A program made the position numbers and the translations under genes. A stretch of DNA of 64,000 bases from an uncultured Alphaproteobacteria bacterium. GTDB taxonomy: Bacteria; Pseudomonadota; Alphaproteobacteria; CAAHEQ01; UBA3637. The notes beneath the pieces are model-generated. The model was not told the origin of the DNA. It did no database searches and was given only the letters and a program-made list of their open reading frames with translations. This document shows positions 39,638 through 48,320 of this stretch, in pieces (within the stretch, counting starts at the first letter, position 1; the number at the start of each line of letters is the position of its first letter). The DNA lies in assembly GCA_934216505.1 (NCBI GenBank), contig CAKQBW010000001.1, positions 85,788 to 149,787 on the forward strand. Direction: 5' to 3'.

Positions 39638-39657
39638 CCAAAAACGATCGTTTTTGT
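39638..39657. promoter_or_regulatory. palindromic candidate operator site 2 (cCAAAAAcGATCGTTTTTGT) overlapping the putative -35/-10 of pilin-like gene A
   Basis: 18 of 19 positions match site 1. The AAAAACGATCGTTTTT core is a perfect palindrome. Centre-to-centre spacing to site 1 is about 133 bp. A TATAGT -10 candidate lies at 39658-63 and GGGAG RBS at 39683-87. Confidence 0.45.
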
Positions 39658-39694
39658 TATAGTAATTTTCATTCAATTTTGTGGGAGATTTTAC

Positions 39695-40942
39695 ATGCAA
39701 AAAACAAATGAATCAGGGCGCAGTATGGTTGAAATGCTGGGCGTGTTGGCGATTATTGGCGTCCTCTCTGTCGGTGGCGTAGCGGGATTTAACCTTGCCA
39801 TGAATAAACATTGTGCTAATAATACTGTGGTCTATGTCAATCAGTTAGCTGTCCAAGGAACAAGTCAAATGCTGATGGGCGTAAAACCTTCTTTGGGGCA
39901 ATACCCTGACAAAACTCCCAGTGGATACCCGAGTACCCTCACGACAGAAGAAACTAATCCCAATGCTTTTTATGTAAAAATATCTCAAGTGCCGAGCGCT
40001 GTTTGCAAGCAAATCTTAGGTCTTCAAAAAGGGTGGCAGGCCGTCAATGACATTGGCTTTTATAATGGGGCAACGACTTGCGATGACAAAGAAAATGTGG
40101 ATATGTGGTTTGAAATTAAATCTTCCCTGAATAAAGAAAATGAAAATGTCCATTGTAAATCTCATCAGGATTGTTATAACTGGTTAGGATATGAGGCCCG
40201 TTGTTCTCCCAAAGGAATTTGTCTCCCATACTGTGGAGAAAATCAAGTTAAAACACCCGTTGGTTGTTGTGATAAAAATCGTGTTTTCAATGGTGGCTGT
40301 TGCATAAGTGATGTTATTGAAGAAAACGGCATTAAAAAATGCTGTGCCGCCAATGCTGATGTTTCTATTTGTTGCCCTGAAAACGAATGGGGAATCAATA
40401 TAAAGGGTGTTTTATCATGCATCTCTTGTGATGATCCTCGTGCTTTAGACAGCGGCTTTAGTTGGGGGTATTGTAAAGTTTGCCCTAACCGTCTTCGTAA
40501 TGCGAACCAATGTGCTCTCGGTTGCGCAGATCCATACGCCGTCAAAACATTAAGTGGATATTGCTATTGTCCAATGGACAGGCCTGTCCAAACACGTGAT
40601 GGAAAATGCCATCCCTGTCATTATGAAGAACGTAGTTCTGCCCAACCTGTTATAGGCATGCTTACCTTAGGGAGTCAAGGCATGATACACTACTGTAATC
40701 GTCGTGGCATAACCTACTCTTGGCCCTGTATTGAGGGAGAGGTCGGTATGGCTAAAAATGATACTCTTGCCATGGCAGATGGGAGCACCTATACCGCAAC
40801 CACAACGGAAGGCGCCTGTCTGGCCTGTGATACAGTGAATATTTCAAAACTCCCCTATCAAGCCCAATGTGAATCTTGTGGGGGACACTGGGACGGTGAA
40901 AATTGGTACACAGGCGTTTGTGTGCCAAAAGAAACAGACTAA
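39695..40942 (+). CDS. type IV prepilin-like Cys-rich secreted/surface protein, paralog A
   Basis: N-terminus MQKTNESG|RSMVEMLGVLAIIGVLSVGG (Gly, Glu at +5, hydrophobic helix), 23 aa identical to paralog B. Shares the VCKQILGL… block with paralogs B and C. The C-terminal ~280 aa contain about 40 Cys (CC and CxxC clusters). Confidence 0.55.
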   Translation: MQKTNESGRSMVEMLGVLAIIGVLSVGGVAGFNLAMNKHCANNTVVYVNQLAVQGTSQMLMGVKPSLGQYPDKTPSGYPSTLTTEETNPNAFYVKISQVPSAVCKQILGLQKGWQAVNDIGFYNGATTCDDKENVDMWFEIKSSLNKENENVHCKSHQDCYNWLGYEARCSPKGICLPYCGENQVKTPVGCCDKNRVFNGGCCISDVIEENGIKKCCAANADVSICCPENEWGINIKGVLSCISCDDPRALDSGFSWGYCKVCPNRLRNANQCALGCADPYAVKTLSGYCYCPMDRPVQTRDGKCHPCHYEERSSAQPVIGMLTLGSQGMIHYCNRRGITYSWPCIEGEVGMAKNDTLAMADGSTYTATTTEGACLACDTVNISKLPYQAQCESCGGHWDGENWYTGVCVPKETD

Positions 40943-40998
40943 TTCCTTGAAATAATTTGATTTTTCCATAAAAAAAGCCCCGTTCAGAGGCTTTGAAA

Positions 40999-41073
40999 TG
41001 GTGGGTGCGACAGGGATTGAACCTGTGACCCCTACCGTGTGAAGGTAATGCTCTCCCGCTGAGCTACGCACCC
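40999..41073 (-). tRNA. tRNA-Val (anticodon CAC)
   Basis: Minus-strand cloverleaf: acceptor GGGTGCG/CGCACCC, D-arm GCTC AGCGGGA GAGC, anticodon loop TTCACAC, T-arm ACAGG TTCAATC CCTGT, encoded CCA. On the minus strand a terminator hairpin plus T-run follows at plus-strand coordinates 40970-40994. Confidence 0.85.
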
Positions 41074-41145
41074 AAGTTCAATACTCAGGATTATAATATA
41101 AAGACTTTTATATGTCAAGCAAAAAAAACGCTCTTTCAAATTTTT

Positions 41146-41718
41146 TTGTTGAAAAATAATTTTGTATATGATAATTATAAAACTTATTTACACAAAAGAG
41201 GACAAATGAAAATTGAATTTAAAAATACTGATTCTTTTGAAAATCTGATAAGCACTATGAAAAAGGAAGATGAAATTGAATGCCCTGCTTTGGATTTTAT
41301 GGCGCAAAATTTAAAAGAATTACAAGAACGAATCAAGGCTGTGATTTCTTTGGGGGGCACCGTTTATTTCGTTAAGGAAAATTTAAGGTTTTCCCCCGAA
41401 AAGACACCTCAACAAGAAATGTTGTTTCACCTGTTAGAGGTCTTTAAAAACTTTGAGCAGGAAAATATCTTAAAAAGGCGGCGATTGGGAATTCAAAAAG
41501 CCAAAGAACAAGGAAAGTATGCCAAAGAACGGCGAAAAAAACTGCCCTCGGATTTACAAGAGGCCCTCTTAAAAGACAGAGAAAACGGCTTAAATGTATC
41601 GGAAATCATCCAAAAATACAAAATAAGCCGAAAGACATTTTATAACTATTCAAAAAATTCAACAAATAACATTTTAAAAAACATAGGCATTTTGTTGGGC
41701 AATGACTTGAAAGAATAA
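41146..41718 (+). CDS. serine recombinase (resolvase/invertase) family remnant: C-terminal half of the catalytic domain plus HTH, N-terminally truncated or degenerate
   Basis: LDFMAQNLKELQERIKAVISLGGTVYFV…EMLFHLLEVFKNFEQENILKRRRLGIQKAKEQGKYAKERRKK aligns with the LDRLGR…AEFERxxIxERTxxG region of Tn3/gamma-delta resolvases. The C-terminal …SEIIQKYKISRKTFYNY is the recombinase HTH. The N-terminal YxRVSTxxQ Ser-nucleophile block is absent. Adjacent to tRNA-Val. Confidence 0.55.
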   Translation: MLKNNFVYDNYKTYLHKRGQMKIEFKNTDSFENLISTMKKEDEIECPALDFMAQNLKELQERIKAVISLGGTVYFVKENLRFSPEKTPQQEMLFHLLEVFKNFEQENILKRRRLGIQKAKEQGKYAKERRKKLPSDLQEALLKDRENGLNVSEIIQKYKISRKTFYNYSKNSTNNILKNIGILLGNDLKE

Positions 41719-41721
41719 AAG

Positions 41722-42099
41722 TTATTGATTTTGATTAGCCAAGAATCTTTTTTGACGTTCTACATAGACTTGATAACTGTTCCAGTCTGCTTGAATTTCC
41801 TCAGAAAGTTCCTGAGCATAAGTTTGAAAATAAGCATTGGCTTTTATTCTTAACAACGATTTTTCTTTGTTTCCAGGTATTTCTGGCCCGTCCCAAGGCA
41901 AAGCCACGATGGCTTTTTCTTTGGTGGCCAAATTAAAATGAACATCACCAATAGCCAATGTCTTTTCAAAAGAAAGGTTGTGATTCCTTAAATAATCACG
42001 GTGAGAACATTCCCGCCCTTTTGAATCACGATTTTGACTTTTCGCCCAAATGGCAATCACTAATTCATTGTTTTCGTTGCCTGCGACGATATATCTCAT
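41722..42099 (-). CDS. hypothetical protein (125 aa), no family recognised
   Basis: ORF with reasonable coding statistics, convergent with the recombinase remnant. Confidence 0.35.
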   Translation of the reverse strand: MRYIVAGNENNELVIAIWAKSQNRDSKGRECSHRDYLRNHNLSFEKTLAIGDVHFNLATKEKAIVALPWDGPEIPGNKEKSLLRIKANAYFQTYAQELSEEIQADWNSYQVYVERQKRFLANQNQ

Positions 42100-42236
42100 A
42101 GTATTTTTCCTCCTTTAAGAACAAGTTTATTTTACCACAGAATTAAATTTTGTCAAGTTTATCTTTTAATGGGACAAAAATTGACATTTTGTATAAAGTT
42201 TGTTATACTGACTTTGAAAAGTATCAGGAAACTAAA

Positions 42237-42773
42237 ATGGTCCCTAAAGAAAAACTATTATTGCTTTCGTGTTGCGCCCCCTGCTCTGTCGGGGTTATTG
42301 AAGATTTAAAGCGTCAAGACGTGGATTTTACGGTCCTGTTTTTTAATCCGAACATTCAGCCCGTTGAGGAATATCAAAAGCGATTAGAGGAAAACAGGCG
42401 TATCTGTGCTCTGTATCATGTTCCTTTTATTGATTTAGAATATACGCCTCAGAAATGGAAAGAATTTGTCAAAGGCTTGGAAAACGAGCCCGAAAAAGGA
42501 AAAAGGTGTGATAAATGCTTTTACTTTCGGTTGAAAAGAACAGCACAATATGCCAAAGAAAATGGCTATACGCGTATTTCTTCAGTGTTGGGGATTTCTA
42601 GGTTCAAGGACTTTAATCAGGTTTGTCGGGCTGGATTAAAAGTTCAGGAGGAAGAAAATATCCCCTATGATACCGAAAATTGGCGCAAAAAAGGACGGCT
42701 GGAACGTTCAGAACATTTATCCAAAGAGTTGTCCCTTTACCGTCAAACATACTGTGGGTGCAAGCCGAGGTAA
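42237..42773 (+). CDS. queH: epoxyqueuosine reductase QueH (DUF208)
   Basis: LLLLSCCAPCSVGVIE…FFNPNIQPVEEYQKR is the QueH CCAPC and NPNIHP signature. The ATG at 42237 is preferred over the ORF-track start at 42150. Confidence 0.7.
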   Translation: MVPKEKLLLLSCCAPCSVGVIEDLKRQDVDFTVLFFNPNIQPVEEYQKRLEENRRICALYHVPFIDLEYTPQKWKEFVKGLENEPEKGKRCDKCFYFRLKRTAQYAKENGYTRISSVLGISRFKDFNQVCRAGLKVQEEENIPYDTENWRKKGRLERSEHLSKELSLYRQTYCGCKPR

Positions 42774-42802
42774 AGATTGGCTTTGGTCTAAACGACAAAT
42801 CA

Positions 42803-43882
42803 CTATTGACATAATGCGTAGAAGGTGCTGTAACGAGGGATGCCGTTCATGCTCTGACTGAAGGTACGGACGCCGAGTGCGTAGCTAGAATCATGACTGT
42901 TATTCGTCCAATAATAAGAACTCCCAAAAGCCACTTTCAAAGCGTTCCAGTCCGCCCCTGTACAATTACTCCCAGAACAATAACCAGTTTCATTATTATA
43001 TCCTCCCGTAATCCCTAAGTCAGAGAGCAAAGCTAAACTTTTTCCATGCGCCAAACACCAATTGCGTGCGGCCCACCAAGATATACCACTAGAAGAATAC
43101 AAAAATGTTTTGCCATTATAGGTTGTTTCTGTCCCATTGTCTAATGCTATACAGGTACCTGTTGTCGGAACAGCACCATTCTCCCATTTTCCCGTAATTT
43201 GACAATACTTCCCTGCTTCTTTACAATCGGCATTTGTCGTGCAATCCCCTGTGAGGTCTGTCTTACATTCCCCGTTTCCAGAGTTATCGCTCGGTTGCCA
43301 AATGCCTTCAGCACATTGACAGTAGCCATTCACACAAGTGGCCCCACCCGAACAACTGTCTGTGCATTCATCGCCTTTGGGCCCTGATGGCGCAGGGTCG
43401 TTGGGGGACAAATCGTTATTATAGGTAATCGTGGTACAACCGTCATCAATCTTTCGGATAATCCCATTTTCTCCTTTCATGGCTTTCATTTGGGTACAAA
43501 CTTCGTCTGGGACATTTTCCAAGGTCAAACTAAAACGCTTATCAGTATTTTTATTCCAATTGGCTAAGCCCGTAAATTTCGCCCCGCCAACTTCGTTATC
43601 TGTGAATTCGCCCGGTGTCGGAGCCTCAGCCCCTCTTTGAATCTGTGTGGAAACTACGACTGCCCGAAGGGAAGCTTGTTGCAACAATTCATTTGCCCGA
43701 TGTTTATTCATGGCGGTGGTATAGCCCACTATACCGCCCACACTTAAAACCCCAATAATCGCCAAAACGCCCAGCATTTCCACCATAGACCGCCCTGATT
43801 CTTCTTGCCGATAAAGGCGGGCGCCAAAAAGATAATGTTTTCCCCTACCCGAAAAGACTTTTTCTTTAATTGGACTTTTCAT
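42803..43882 (-). CDS. type IV prepilin-like Cys-rich protein with C-terminal C-type-lectin-like domain, paralog B (start codon uncertain)
   Basis: Contains …ESG|RSMVEMLGVLAIIGVLSVGG, identical at the protein level to paralog A. Has RAVVVSTQIQ and VCTQMKAM…DDGCTTITYNNDL blocks shared with paralog C, then an EGF-like Cys-rich stretch. The C-terminus has a GISWWAARNWCLAHGKSLALLSDL…YYWTNNSHD…YALCQ pattern resembling a C-type lectin-like domain (WxxAxxxCxxxGxxLAxxxS…C-terminal Cys). Confidence 0.5.
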   Translation of the reverse strand: MKSPIKEKVFSGRGKHYLFGARLYRQEESGRSMVEMLGVLAIIGVLSVGGIVGYTTAMNKHRANELLQQASLRAVVVSTQIQRGAEAPTPGEFTDNEVGGAKFTGLANWNKNTDKRFSLTLENVPDEVCTQMKAMKGENGIIRKIDDGCTTITYNNDLSPNDPAPSGPKGDECTDSCSGGATCVNGYCQCAEGIWQPSDNSGNGECKTDLTGDCTTNADCKEAGKYCQITGKWENGAVPTTGTCIALDNGTETTYNGKTFLYSSSGISWWAARNWCLAHGKSLALLSDLGITGGYNNETGYCSGSNCTGADWNALKVAFGSSYYWTNNSHDSSYALGVRTFSQSMNGIPRYSTFYALCQ

Positions 43883-44129
43883 ATTCTAAAACTCCCATAA
43901 TTAAAAAATCGCTGTGATGAGCAGCGGTTGGAAGCTAGAAAACTATTACAGAAATAGCGTCGCATATTGGGGCGTAAATAGGCCTGTATTTTGCGACCAT
44001 CCAACCATAAAGATTGGAATTTTTACATCGTTTGATGTCTGTATTGAAGGTTTTCTAGGCCTCCACCAGAGGAATCACCTCTGGCAAATTCACACTAGCA
44101 AAAAATAAATTAAATATCAAGTACAAAAA

Positions 44130-44155
44130 ACACCCCCTTGAAAATAAGGAGGCGT
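44130..44155 (-). terminator. rho-independent terminator downstream of gap (minus strand)
   Basis: Minus strand ACGCCTCCTT attttc AAGGGGGTGT hairpin (G-U wobbles) followed by TTTTTT. Confidence 0.6.
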
Positions 44156-44176
44156 TTTGATTAAATAGGGTTTAAA

Positions 44177-45268
<1,092 letters not shown>

Positions 45269-45386
45269 TTAAAATACGATTTTGAAATCGTCTGCACTAT
45301 ATAAGCATATTTTTTTTGATTTTGCAAGTTCTTTTACTTGACAGGAATGTTTTTTTTCTATATCCTGAGGAAAAAAGGAGGAAAAA

Positions 45387-46253
45387 ATGATTGAAGCACT
45401 GCGTCAATACTTACAAGGTATTTTTGGAGATTCAGGCTTGTCATGGGCTAGTTTTTTGACACAAATAGCCCTTATCATTGCTGTCCTTTTCTTTCTTTAT
45501 ATAAAAGTCATTAAAGATTCCCCTGCCGAAAAAACGGTTAAAGGCGTGGTTATTTTTTTATTTTCTTTGTGGATTTTATCTGAAGTCTGCTCTCTTTTCC
45601 ATTTGAGAATTTTAAGTGCAATGTTCAGAAATTTAATTCTATTACTTATCTTATCTGGGGTTGTCTTACTTCAACCAGAATTACGCCGATTAATGGCAAG
45701 GTTGGGAAATAACATTTCCCTGATGACCCCCATTAAAAAGAGTCAGATTAAACCAGATTTAATCAATGTTCTAATTCCTACTATCGCTTATTGGCGTAAA
45801 ACAAAAACAGGGGCTCTTTTGGTTTTGGAAAACCAAGAACCTGTTTCTAGTATTACGAATGCAGGTTTTCAATTAGACGCTCTTTTGTCCAGCGAATTGC
45901 TCATCAATCTTTTTTTTATCAATACACCATTGCACGATGGGGCTGTTTTGATTAAAAATGGCCGTATTATTTCAGCGGGATTGATACTTCCTTTGGCCAA
46001 AGATATCACCTTAAGTTGGCAATATGGCACACGCCATCGGGCGGCAATCGGCCTTACCGAAAATGTAGATGCCCTATGTGTGGTTGTTTCTGAAGAAACA
46101 GGCTCGGTCTCTTTGGTTAAAAATGGGAAAGCAAAAACCTATACAGATATGCTTGAATTGGAAAAAGAATTAAAGACTTTCTTATCCCCTTTAACCAAAA
46201 AAGAAACAACGAAATCTTTATGGCAAAAAATTAAAGAATTAGGAAAAAAATAA
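45387..46253 (+). CDS. cdaA: diadenylate cyclase CdaA-type (three N-terminal TM helices plus DAC domain)
   Basis: DAC-domain motifs DGA (LHDGAVLI) and GTRHRAA (YGTRHRAAIGLTE). N-terminal membrane anchor as in CdaA. Confidence 0.7.
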   Translation: MIEALRQYLQGIFGDSGLSWASFLTQIALIIAVLFFLYIKVIKDSPAEKTVKGVVIFLFSLWILSEVCSLFHLRILSAMFRNLILLLILSGVVLLQPELRRLMARLGNNISLMTPIKKSQIKPDLINVLIPTIAYWRKTKTGALLVLENQEPVSSITNAGFQLDALLSSELLINLFFINTPLHDGAVLIKNGRIISAGLILPLAKDITLSWQYGTRHRAAIGLTENVDALCVVVSEETGSVSLVKNGKAKTYTDMLELEKELKTFLSPLTKKETTKSLWQKIKELGKK

Positions 46254-46255
46254 AC

Positions 46256-46284
46256 TTGACACAAAAGGAATCATTCGCTAGTAT
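46256..46284 (+). promoter_or_regulatory. sigma70 promoter (TTGACA-17-TAGTAT) for the SucC-like gene
   Basis: TTGACA at 46256-61 and TAGTAT at 46279-84. A GAGGAGA RBS precedes the ATG at 46303. Confidence 0.55.
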
Positions 46285-46302
46285 TGCTCAGACGAGGAGA
46301 AA

Positions 46303-47442
46303 ATGGAACTACACGAATACTATGTTAAAGAGATTTTGAAAAATGCAGGGCTTCCTGTTTTAAAAGGGAAAGTAGCCTATACTTCAGAAGAAGCCTGCAA
46401 TATCGCTTTAGGGATTGGCGGAAATTCTTTTTGGGTAAAGCCTCAGTTAATTACTTCTTTTCAACCTTACAAGCGGGAAGAATTGACCGAGAAGTATTCG
46501 GCGACAAGCCCTCAAGAAACAGAACAAAAAGCCAAACAAATTTTGGGAAGTTCTTATTTGGCTCAACATAATTCCATATCAACAACGATACAAAGAATTT
46601 ATGTGGAACAAGCATTGGACTTACCTTTGTTTTGTGGTGTTTGTTTGCGGGTTGATTTTGAAAAATCTGGGCTTTCTTTATCGGTAAAAAATGCTCAAAA
46701 AGGTATTCTTTCCTATTTTTTACAGGATTTTACTTTTGATAACGAGGTGAAAAAGCAAATCAATCAAAACCTTAATTTAAAAAATCCACTATTAAAGAAA
46801 AATTTTTGGAACTTGATTGTCAAAATGTATCGTTTGTTTAAAAAATATGAAATGATGGCGATTGAATTAAATCCTATTGTGCGTCAAGGGAATAATTTGA
46901 TTATTGAAAATGCACGGTTGATTTTTGATCCAGATGCCCTCTTTCGCTTTCCTGAATTGATTCATTGTCGGGAAATTAAATTGGGCCACGAACGAGAGGC
47001 TTTGGCCAAAAAAAATGCTTTTCGTTATACAAAATTAAATGGAAATATCGCTTGCTTAGTCAATGGGATTGGGTTGGGCGCAGCCAGTGTTGATTTAATT
47101 CAATCACAAGGGGAAAAAGTGGCCTGTTTATTAGATGTGGGAACAGAACCAAATGTGAAATCAATTACAACGGCCATGCGCTTGGCGTTGGCTGAGCCCA
47201 ATGTAGATGCAATCTTCGTCAATATCTTTGGGGGAACGACCAGTTGCAAGGTGATTGCACAAGGGCTTTTAGATGCAGCCGTTGAAATTCCTGTTGGTGT
47301 TCCTGTGATTATACGGTTAGCTGGATTAGAGGCAGAAGACGGTAAAAAACTTTTAAGTTTATCCAAAGTCCCGTTTAAAATTGTCTCTCAAATGATTAAA
47401 GCCGTTGGGGAATTGAAACAAGAATTAAAGGAGAAAAAGTAA
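46303..47442 (+). CDS. succinyl-CoA synthetase beta-subunit-like ATP-grasp protein, highly divergent
   Basis: N-terminus MELHEYYVKEILKNAGLPV matches SucC (MNLHEYQAKQLF…GLP). The conserved VKxQVHAGGRGKxGGV phosphate-binding loop is replaced by VKPQLITSFQPYKREEL. Confidence 0.5.
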   Translation: MELHEYYVKEILKNAGLPVLKGKVAYTSEEACNIALGIGGNSFWVKPQLITSFQPYKREELTEKYSATSPQETEQKAKQILGSSYLAQHNSISTTIQRIYVEQALDLPLFCGVCLRVDFEKSGLSLSVKNAQKGILSYFLQDFTFDNEVKKQINQNLNLKNPLLKKNFWNLIVKMYRLFKKYEMMAIELNPIVRQGNNLIIENARLIFDPDALFRFPELIHCREIKLGHEREALAKKNAFRYTKLNGNIACLVNGIGLGAASVDLIQSQGEKVACLLDVGTEPNVKSITTAMRLALAEPNVDAIFVNIFGGTTSCKVIAQGLLDAAVEIPVGVPVIIRLAGLEAEDGKKLLSLSKVPFKIVSQMIKAVGELKQELKEKK

Positions 47443-48320
47443 TGTTTATCCTGCCCGATTCTAAAACGCCCGTTTTATTCCAAGGAATTACCAGCGAATC
47501 TGGTTTATTGCACCTGAAAAAATCTTTGGATTATGGGACAAATGTTGTGGCGGGAATCAGTGCCCAAACACGACACAAAAGCCTGATGGGCGTACCTGTT
47601 TTTTCCCATATCAGTCAAGCCATGAAAAAATTTCACCCTCAAGTCAGTGTTATTTTTTCTACCCCTCCTCATGCTTTAGATGATGTGTTGGCGGCTGTGA
47701 AAGCCAAGATTCCACTTGTGATATGTACAACGGAACATGTTCCCATGCATGATTCTTTAAAGATGAAATGGGCGGCCCAAAAATATGGGGTTGTTTTATT
47801 GGGACCGTCCAGCAACGGGATTATTTCCGTTGATGATGTTTTAGTGGGCACACTCCCCCCTCACCTTTTTCAATCAGGCTCCGTAGGGATTATTAGTCGT
47901 TCGGGGTCTTTGGTCTTTGAAGCCATTCAACTTTTGAAAGAAAATAATTTGGGAATCTCTAAATGCATTACTTTGGGTACAGACCATTTAATTGCAACGG
48001 ATTTTATTCCTGTGGTTCAGGCTCTATTAAAAGATAAAAAAACAAACCAAATATTGATTATAGGGCAAGTTCATGGCCAACATGAATACGAGTTAGCCTC
48101 TTTTTTAAAAAAGTGTCGCACAAAAAAGAAAATTTATTCTTATATTCCTGGAAAAACATTGATTCGTTCAGATAAATTACCTTTATTGGGGATGCAGTCA
48201 GTGTTGTTTTCTGATGTGATTTCAAAAAAGAACGCCACTTTAAAGGCCGCAGGTGTTTATTGTATTGATTCCGTGGATAAAATAGGTTCTGTCATCAGAA
48301 AGGGAGAAAGAAACAAATGA
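47442..48320 (+). CDS. succinyl-CoA synthetase alpha-subunit-like CoA-binding protein, divergent (catalytic His motif not found)
   Basis: The CoA-binding N-domain and ISRSGSL motif are recognisable. No GHAGA active-site His motif: the aligned region reads LLGMQSVLF. Confidence 0.5.
   Translation: MFILPDSKTPVLFQGITSESGLLHLKKSLDYGTNVVAGISAQTRHKSLMGVPVFSHISQAMKKFHPQVSVIFSTPPHALDDVLAAVKAKIPLVICTTEHVPMHDSLKMKWAAQKYGVVLLGPSSNGIISVDDVLVGTLPPHLFQSGSVGIISRSGSLVFEAIQLLKENNLGISKCITLGTDHLIATDFIPVVQALLKDKKTNQILIIGQVHGQHEYELASFLKKCRTKKKIYSYIPGKTLIRSDKLPLLGMQSVLFSDVISKKNATLKAAGVYCIDSVDKIGSVIRKGERNK

Noticed and set aside
39695-43882. Active DNA-inversion (shufflon or Hin-like) switch between the conserved 5' ends of the convergent pilin-like genes
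   Set aside because: The putative inverted repeats are only about 80% identical at the DNA level, and the differences include non-interconvertible synonymous codon changes (AGT vs TCT Ser). The only recombinase present lacks its catalytic Ser block. Kept as a historical possibility inside a finding, not called as a feature.
43914-44108. 64-aa + strand ORF in the spacer between paralog B and gap
   Set aside because: It lies wholly within a promoter/terminator spacer, has no SD, and its product resembles nothing. Treated as noise.
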